The notes beneath the pieces were generated by a model. It had not been told where the DNA came from, made no database searches, and saw only the letters and a list, made by a program, of their open reading frames with translations. Made by a program: the position numbers and the translations under genes. From a virus (lineage: Duplodnaviria; Caudoviricetes), in the IMG/VR virus record IMGVR_UViG_3300005261_000007, positions 1-40,841 of that record: DNA of 40,841 bases; one strand, 5' to 3'. Of this stretch, positions 36,127-40,841 are shown in pieces; the stretch's first letter is position 1, and each line of letters begins with the position of its first letter.

Positions 36127-36155
36127 TTGACACGATACCCGATAACGGGTAGTAT
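36127..36155 (+). promoter_or_regulatory. Host sigma70 early promoter with an operator (O5) in the spacer
   Basis: TTGACA-17 bp-TAGTAT; near-palindrome TACCCGATAACGGGTA at 36136-36151. Confidence 0.85.
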
Positions 36156-36370
36156 TCGTTCCATGCACTGACGAGATGTCAAAGCAAGTCTGACCGGGGA
36201 CTGTAAATAGCCGGGGCCTAGTGCGGACGCCCTTCAGGGACAAGCTAGGTAACTCTAAGGAGCTTCTACCGCTGGCGCTAGTCAGCTACTGCGTAGCAGC
36301 GAGGCCCTTTAGACGGTCTTCAGGGAGTCCGCAAATTCCCTGTTTGTTTCGAATTCTTGAGGAGTTAATC

Positions 36371-36595
36371 ATGGCAGTTAAGACAGTGGCTGGCCCATTC
36401 CGCACCAACAAGGAAGCCCAGGATACCGCAGCATCGCTAGGGGCTCAGTTCTCCGCCTTCGGTGTGCATCGTCAGGATGCTGAAGGCTTCACACTGGATG
36501 AGTGTGATTACTTCGTAGAGATGGATGATTCCATCATGCCTACGCGGATATTCGGCTACGAGACATCCGCGTTACTTGCTAAACAGTACCGATGA
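36371..36595 (+). CDS. First early protein (74 aa), hypothetical
   Basis: GAGGAG RBS; MAVKTVAGPF... Confidence 0.75.
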   Translation: MAVKTVAGPFRTNKEAQDTAASLGAQFSAFGVHRQDAEGFTLDECDYFVEMDDSIMPTRIFGYETSALLAKQYR

Positions 36596-36607
36596 GGAGT
36601 CCTGACC

Positions 36608-36733
36608 ATGGCCCATTCACAACGCCTTGAGCAGTTCGCTAAACAAATCGGCTTCTATGCCTTCAACCGCTGGGCCAGAAGACAGGGATTGCCCCTTGAA
36701 TCGACCCGCGCAGTCATCCGAAATGTTTTCTAA
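36608..36733 (+). CDS. Early protein (41 aa), hypothetical
   Basis: GAGGAG RBS; MAHSQRLEQFAKQ...VIRNVF. Confidence 0.65.
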   Translation: MAHSQRLEQFAKQIGFYAFNRWARRQGLPLESTRAVIRNVF

Positions 36734-36746
36734 AGGAGTATCAACC

Positions 36747-37313
36747 ATGAACAACGAACAAAGAAGAGAATTAGCCCTGTCTATCGCTGCCGCACTGGGC
36801 TGGAGCGTGGAACAACCGCATGAGGGCAGCGCTAACTACTTCCGCCTGATCTCTCCGGATGGCGTAGTCATCTCCATGAGCATTGGCGGGTATGCGTTCA
36901 AGGGTCGTATCTCCTTCGGATGTGCCTACCCTTGGCACCAAACGGACCAGTATGGAGGCACCCGCCACACGTTCCAACGTGATTTTGACCGCTCCCTGGC
37001 TTACAACGTGGCCCCTTGGGATGGAATCACCGTGGCAGACACCAAGAGCCCCGAACAGATAGCCAAGGACATCAACAGAAGATTCCTTCCGGTCTATCTC
37101 CCTTTGTGGGCTGAGGCGGTCAAGTATTGTGCAGAGAAGGCCGCCTACTGGGTCAAGCGTAATGGCGCTGAAGAGGCCATCAAGGAGGCAATCAAGGGGA
37201 CACCACTCCGGATCGACTTCATGGGCAGCAATTATGCCCGCCTGGAGATTGACGCCTCTCCGGAGCTGGCTAAGGTCATTGCAGACGCCATCCGGGGCTA
37301 CAAGTCCGCCTAA
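36747..37313 (+). CDS. Early protein (188 aa), hypothetical
   Basis: AAGGAG RBS; MNNEQRRELA... Confidence 0.78.
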   Translation: MNNEQRRELALSIAAALGWSVEQPHEGSANYFRLISPDGVVISMSIGGYAFKGRISFGCAYPWHQTDQYGGTRHTFQRDFDRSLAYNVAPWDGITVADTKSPEQIAKDINRRFLPVYLPLWAEAVKYCAEKAAYWVKRNGAEEAIKEAIKGTPLRIDFMGSNYARLEIDASPELAKVIADAIRGYKSA

Positions 37314-37332
37314 ATTCACCCTTTATCGGGTA
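37313..37332 (+). promoter_or_regulatory. Operator-like site O4
   Basis: AATTCACCCTTTATCGGGTA; preceded by GCCTA and followed by TC, as in O3. Confidence 0.65.
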
Positions 37333-37410
37333 TCGGATGATTAATCCAAGGGGCTGCCCTTCGCGGCCTCTTCAGTTAATCCAGTCGTATCACCTACAAG
37401 GAGCAACACC

Positions 37411-37989
37411 ATGATTTCCATCAAGCATCGTTTTTCGTCACAAACCCTCTGTGAATTCGACGTGACCACTGTTAGAGAGGCTGCCGAGAAGGGACGGGCG
37501 GACCTGTATGGGGCGGACCTGCGTGGGGCGAACCTGTGGGGGGCGGACCTGTGTGGGGCGGACCTGCGTGGGGCGGACCTGTATGGGGCGGACCTGTATG
37601 GGGCGGACCTGTATGGGGCGGACCTGTATGGGGCGGACCTGCGTGGGGCGGACCTGCGTGGGGCGAACCTGTGTGGGGCGAACCTGCGTGGGGCGAACCT
37701 GCGTGGGGCGAACCTGTATGGGGCGGACCTGCGTGGGGCGGACCTGGATGGGGAAGAACTAACTAAAGCGCCTGTGGTTGTGACTTCCGGCCTCCCCTAT
37801 CATTGCATCATTTCGAACGGCTTCATGCGTCTGGGGTGTCAGCGCCACAGCCACACCGCTTGGGCTGCGTTTGACGACTCACAGATTCTCCAGATGGACG
37901 GGAGGAAAGCTCTGGAGTTCTGGCGTCAATGGCGGGATGTCTTGCTGTCCATGTGCGCGGCCCATGCGGGCCCCACTAAGGCCGCCTGA
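37411..37989 (+). CDS. Pentapeptide repeat protein
   Basis: 17 A[DN]LxG repeats; AAGGAG RBS; C-terminal MRLGCQRH...W domain. Confidence 0.92.
   Translation: MISIKHRFSSQTLCEFDVTTVREAAEKGRADLYGADLRGANLWGADLCGADLRGADLYGADLYGADLYGADLYGADLRGADLRGANLCGANLRGANLRGANLYGADLRGADLDGEELTKAPVVVTSGLPYHCIISNGFMRLGCQRHSHTAWAAFDDSQILQMDGRKALEFWRQWRDVLLSMCAAHAGPTKAA
37498..37752 (+). repeat. 17 x 15-bp tandem repeat GCG(G/A)ACCTGnnnGGG
   Basis: Directly visible; encodes the pentapeptides. Confidence 0.95.
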
Positions 37990-38052
37990 TTTAGCCTCAA
38001 GGGCCTCAACACGGGGCCTTTCGGGATACATCAGACAACAGGAGTACGCCAA

Positions 38053-38301
38053 ATGAAGTTCAAACCAACCATAGACATCTGGGCGGCCCCTGAAGGCCAC
38101 CTAAAGACCCTTCAGCCCGGTCAGTGGGTTTCGGCTGGAAAGCCTGACCCAGATAGAAGCAACTGCGGGAGATTCTACGGGGTGAAGCCTAGCGGGGCCG
38201 TGGTAGTGGCCTGGAATGGCAACGCCCGTAACCGCCCATCAATCAAGGGCTACCACAAGGCCCTCCACGCTTACGCTAAAGGAGCCTCGCATGGCCGCTG
38301 A
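38053..38301 (+). CDS. Early protein (82 aa), hypothetical
   Basis: AGGAG RBS. Confidence 0.72.
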   Translation: MKFKPTIDIWAAPEGHLKTLQPGQWVSAGKPDPDRSNCGRFYGVKPSGAVVVAWNGNARNRPSIKGYHKALHAYAKGASHGR

Positions 38302-38438
38302 TTTCATCCTGATAGGGTGTCGTCTGGTGCCCTTCTACGTCCATGAATACGACCTGGAGGACACCCAATGGGACATCTAAACGAGGGCGACTACCCCGCC
38401 CATGAGTTCCAACAATGGTTTGTCCTGGAAGTGTGTCA

Positions 38439-38621
38439 ATGAAGTTCCTACTGATTGCCGTCTATCTTGCACACGGCGGAGTGGAACCAACCTTGCAAAA
38501 ACGTGAGTTCCTAGACAAGGGAGAGTGCCAAGCCCTTGCAACGCGCTACATCAAGCAAGTTATTTCAGGTCAGGCACGTGCTTTTTGCTTGCCGCTGAAG
38601 GATCGAAAGCACGGCCTGTAG
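38439..38621 (+). CDS. Small exported-like protein (60 aa, 2 Cys)
   Basis: MKFLLIAVYL...F.DKGEC..LA...AFCLP; converges on the RHH gene. Confidence 0.6.
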   Translation: MKFLLIAVYLAHGGVEPTLQKREFLDKGECQALATRYIKQVISGQARAFCLPLKDRKHGL

Positions 38622-38789
38622 TCACCCTTTAGGATTTCTTTCGGCTACCTTCTGGCGCTCCTCTATGGTGACGATAGGCAGCCCCAAGCGGATAGCGGCT
38701 TCCGCTAATTCCTGGAGGTTCCTGTCCAGCTCCGCTGCCCTGACTTTCAGCAGCCTGTGGAGGTCTTCGGGGATTTTGATGGTTTTCAT
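38622..38789 (-). CDS. Ribbon-helix-helix (Arc/CopG-like) regulator, 55 aa; candidate repressor
   Basis: MKTIKIPEDLHRLLKVRAAELDRNLQELAEAAIRLGL...: alternating beta strand then two helices; absent from the ORF track because it is under 60 aa. Confidence 0.8.
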   Translation of the reverse strand: MKTIKIPEDLHRLLKVRAAELDRNLQELAEAAIRLGLPIVTIEERQKVAERNPKG

Positions 38790-38820
38790 AGGTGGAGGAG
38801 TGTAATTGTCGATTATTTTT

Positions 38821-38866
38821 CTCTACAACTCCTCTACTTTTCTACTTTTCTACAAAACCACTACCT
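38821..38866. repeat. Tandem (T)CTAC boxes upstream of the RHH gene
   Basis: CTCTACAACTCCTCTACTTTTCTACTTTTCTACAAAACCACTACCT. Confidence 0.6.
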
Positions 38867-39001
38867 GACTGCATTTCAGGTTAATTTCTGTTAAGACCGC
38901 GTGCATAGGGTAATGACGGGCGATTTTCACCCCTTACTTTAGTGATATTGGATGAACTTCTGAGTGGTTTTATAGTCGCCGCCCTCCAGTTGCAGGACTG
39001 G

Positions 39002-39029
39002 ATGACACGACACCCGATAACGTATAATT
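39002..39029 (+). promoter_or_regulatory. Putative sigma70 promoter for the wHTH-int operon overlapped by operator O6
   Basis: ATGACA-15 bp-TATAAT (short spacer); 39003-39022 matches 36128-36147 at 19 of 20 positions. Confidence 0.65.
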
Positions 39030-39191
39030 GAGGCTCAAGTTTCATGTTGCTCGCTAATCGCTTTTTTGACATTTCGATAAACAGAACCACAGTAGGACGC
39101 CCTTCCTTTACCCCTTTCGATATCGGTAGAGGATTCCTTGTAGAACTCTTTGGTTTGTCGATTGGCTTTGAACTCCTAGAGGGAGATGTAA

Positions 39192-39527
39192 ATGAAGAAT
39201 CAACTCCGCGCCTTGCGCCTGTGCCTGGACGTAATCCGGAATCACCTTCCGGGGTATGACGCTAAATTCACCATGCGGGCCGCCGAACTCTTGATTTTCC
39301 TTCTGGAAAGGGAAGTAGAGCCTGCTTCGTACCCGGCCATTAAGCAACACACGGGCATAACGCAAAATAAGGCGTCCGACATGGCTACCAAGCTGGTTGC
39401 CTACGGTGTTGTGGTCAAGACCGTGGATAGTGAGGGCCTGGTTGCTTACGCGCCTTCGGAGGCCGGTAAGGCACTCCGGGATGCACTCAACAAACGACTT
39501 GGAGGAAGTGAGCATGAAAGCCCGTAA
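39192..39527 (+). CDS. MarR-like winged-helix protein (regulator or recombination directionality factor)
   Basis: AELLIFL...SYPAIKQHTGITQNKASDMATKLVAYGVV...YAPSEAGKAL; overlaps the int start. Confidence 0.75.
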   Translation: MKNQLRALRLCLDVIRNHLPGYDAKFTMRAAELLIFLLEREVEPASYPAIKQHTGITQNKASDMATKLVAYGVVVKTVDSEGLVAYAPSEAGKALRDALNKRLGGSEHESP

Positions 39528-40841
39528 CGGCATCTGGCAATCTGACTTCTACCTGTCCAACGGGGACCGGGTTCGGGAGTCATTAGGGACCCGTGACAAG
39601 GCCCTGGCCCAGCGTAAAGAGCGGGAGCTTCAGGTGACTATGGAGGCTGGCCTGCTGGGCATCGTCAGTCCCATTCCCGCCCCCGAAAGGAGCCCCAGGA
39701 AGGCCCCTGTAACCACCGCCAGTGTCCGCGCAGTAGCCCAAGCAGGCATCACCCTAGAGGCCGCCTTCAAGCGGGCTATGCGTGAGTATGAGCCTTGGCG
39801 GGCCAGCACCTCACAATCCACCATCAACGCCAACTACGGGCACGTGGTCAGCTACTTCAAGAAGGACCGCGACCTAGCTACCCTCACGCGGGATGACACG
39901 CTGGAGTACGTGGAGAAGCTACGGGATGAAGAGGAGCTGAGTGGCAGCACGATCAACCAACGCCTCTCCCTGGTAAGCGTCCTTCTGAGCCAGGCCGAAG
40001 TCTGGACAAAGGGAGCCATCCAGCCATTCAAGATGCCCCGCCAGAAGGTCCGGAAGGGCCGCATTCGGGTCCTATCCTATGATGAGGAGTTCAAGGTAAT
40101 CCGCTACCTGAAGAAGTCCAAGCGGGCACGCGGGAAGGATGAAGACTTCGCCGAGCTGGTCAAGTTCCTTGTCGACACCGGCTTCCGCCTGGGAGAAGCC
40201 CTCCGCCTGCGCTCTGTAGATGTCGATTGGGATAACGGTATGGTCCCCGCCTGGGAAACCAAAGGCGACGAACCCCGCCAGGTCCCCATGACGAAGCGAG
40301 TTAAGCAACTGCTGGAGGCCCGCCAGGATATGGAGCTGCCCTTCGGGATGTTCTCTATCGACTCAGCAGATGACCATTGGGAAATCATGCGTAAGGGCCT
40401 GAAGGTGGATGTAGAACGGGACCCTGAGTTCGTGATTCACGCCCTCCGCCACACGTGCGCTAGTCGTCTGGTCGCCAGCGGTATGGATGCCTTCCGGGTC
40501 CAGAAGTGGATGGGCCACAAGAACATTGCCACCACTCAGAAATATGTCACCCTATACGGGTCCGACCTTCACCAACTGGCAAGCGCCCTTGACGCCCGCC
40601 GACTGGAAGCAGCCAAAAAGCTACCTATAGGGGGTCTGCCGGGAGTGCCTAAAATTGTGCCCAGGACTGTGCCTAAAATGACACGTGTGGAGGACATCCG
40701 GGTTCCAGTAGGTCTAGCCGAAAGCCTTGTCCCACAAGGGAACCGACCGAATCAACGAACCGATGAACCTGTAGATGAGGGACTGTTAATCCGTAGGTCC
40801 CTGGTTCGAGCCCAGGTCGGGGAGCCAAGAATATCGCGGCC
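39514..40841 (+). CDS. int: Tyrosine integrase; reading frame runs through attR with no stop in the window
   Basis: GGAGG RBS; MKARNGIWQ...RESLGTRD arm-binding-like N-terminus; DTGFRLGE, ETKGD, HALRH, MGH, KY catalytic residues. Confidence 0.96.
   Translation, partial: MKARNGIWQSDFYLSNGDRVRESLGTRDKALAQRKERELQVTMEAGLLGIVSPIPAPERSPRKAPVTTASVRAVAQAGITLEAAFKRAMREYEPWRASTSQSTINANYGHVVSYFKKDRDLATLTRDDTLEYVEKLRDEEELSGSTINQRLSLVSVLLSQAEVWTKGAIQPFKMPRQKVRKGRIRVLSYDEEFKVIRYLKKSKRARGKDEDFAELVKFLVDTGFRLGEALRLRSVDVDWDNGMVPAWETKGDEPRQVPMTKRVKQLLEARQDMELPFGMFSIDSADDHWEIMRKGLKVDVERDPEFVIHALRHTCASRLVASGMDAFRVQKWMGHKNIATTQKYVTLYGSDLHQLASALDARRLEAAKKLPIGGLPGVPKIVPRTVPKMTRVEDIRVPVGLAESLVPQGNRPNQRTDEPVDEGLLIRRSLVRAQVGEPRISR
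40644..40679 (+). promoter_or_regulatory. Putative integrase arm-type sites (3 x 12 bp)
   Basis: AGTGCCTAAAAT TGTGCCCAGGAC TGTGCCTAAAAT, about 100 bp from the core. Confidence 0.72.
40780..40828 (+). repeat. attR common segment (duplicated tRNA 3' part)
   Basis: Identical to 13-61; lacks the tRNA 5' half. Confidence 0.97.

Larger units (their letters stand above)
13..40828 (+). mobile_element. Temperate T7-like (Autographiviridae-type) prophage
   Basis: Exact 49-bp flanking direct repeats equal to the tRNA 3' part, a tyrosine integrase at the right end, and the T7-like gene order RNAP, replication, structure, terminase. Confidence 0.97.

Noticed and set aside
37498-37752. CRISPR array, or real proteins in the alternative frames (GRTCV and GGPVW repeats)
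   Set aside because: The 15-bp units are contiguous with no spacers and no cas genes are present; only the A[DN]LxG frame has an RBS and flanking domains.
38881-39259. ORFs 38881-39090 (-) and 39044-39259 (+)
   Set aside because: They overlap the AT-rich promoter/operator region, lack a convincing RBS or motif, and are probably non-coding.
40780-40827. Second tRNA-Asn gene
   Set aside because: It lacks the 5' acceptor strand and D-arm; it is the att duplication.
1-40841. Precise host assignment
   Set aside because: Only a partial tRNA and 13 bp of right flank are host-derived. The tRNA looks betaproteobacterial to me, but this needs a database search.

Overview
The whole window is one apparently complete, circularly permuted T7-like (Autographiviridae-type) prophage of about 40.77 kb. 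It is integrated in a tRNA-Asn(GTT) gene and bounded by an exact 49-bp direct repeat (13-61 and 40780-40828). It encodes the T7-like core set: single-subunit RNA polymerase, ligase, SSB, endonuclease I, amidase, primase-helicase, DNA polymerase A, gp5.7-like protein, exonuclease, portal, scaffold, capsid, tail tubes, internal virion proteins, tail fibre, holins and terminase. It also carries a temperate module: a tyrosine integrase, a winged-helix protein, a 55-aa ribbon-helix-helix protein missed by the ORF track, and a KilA-N protein. The most unusual signals are: (1) a second att-like site (core flanks, IHF box and arm pair, but a different 7-bp overlap) in the predicted terminal-repeat region, suggesting the integrase may also circularise the linear genome; (2) the att core lies inside the integrase reading frame, so integration swaps the C-terminus; (3) six related palindromic operator-like sites guard sigma70 promoters and the RNAP gene; (4) a phage promoter sits directly upstream of the RNAP gene; (5) a Tad2-like anti-defence gene is frameshifted in a C6 tract. 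All calls were made by eye from motifs; no searches were run.
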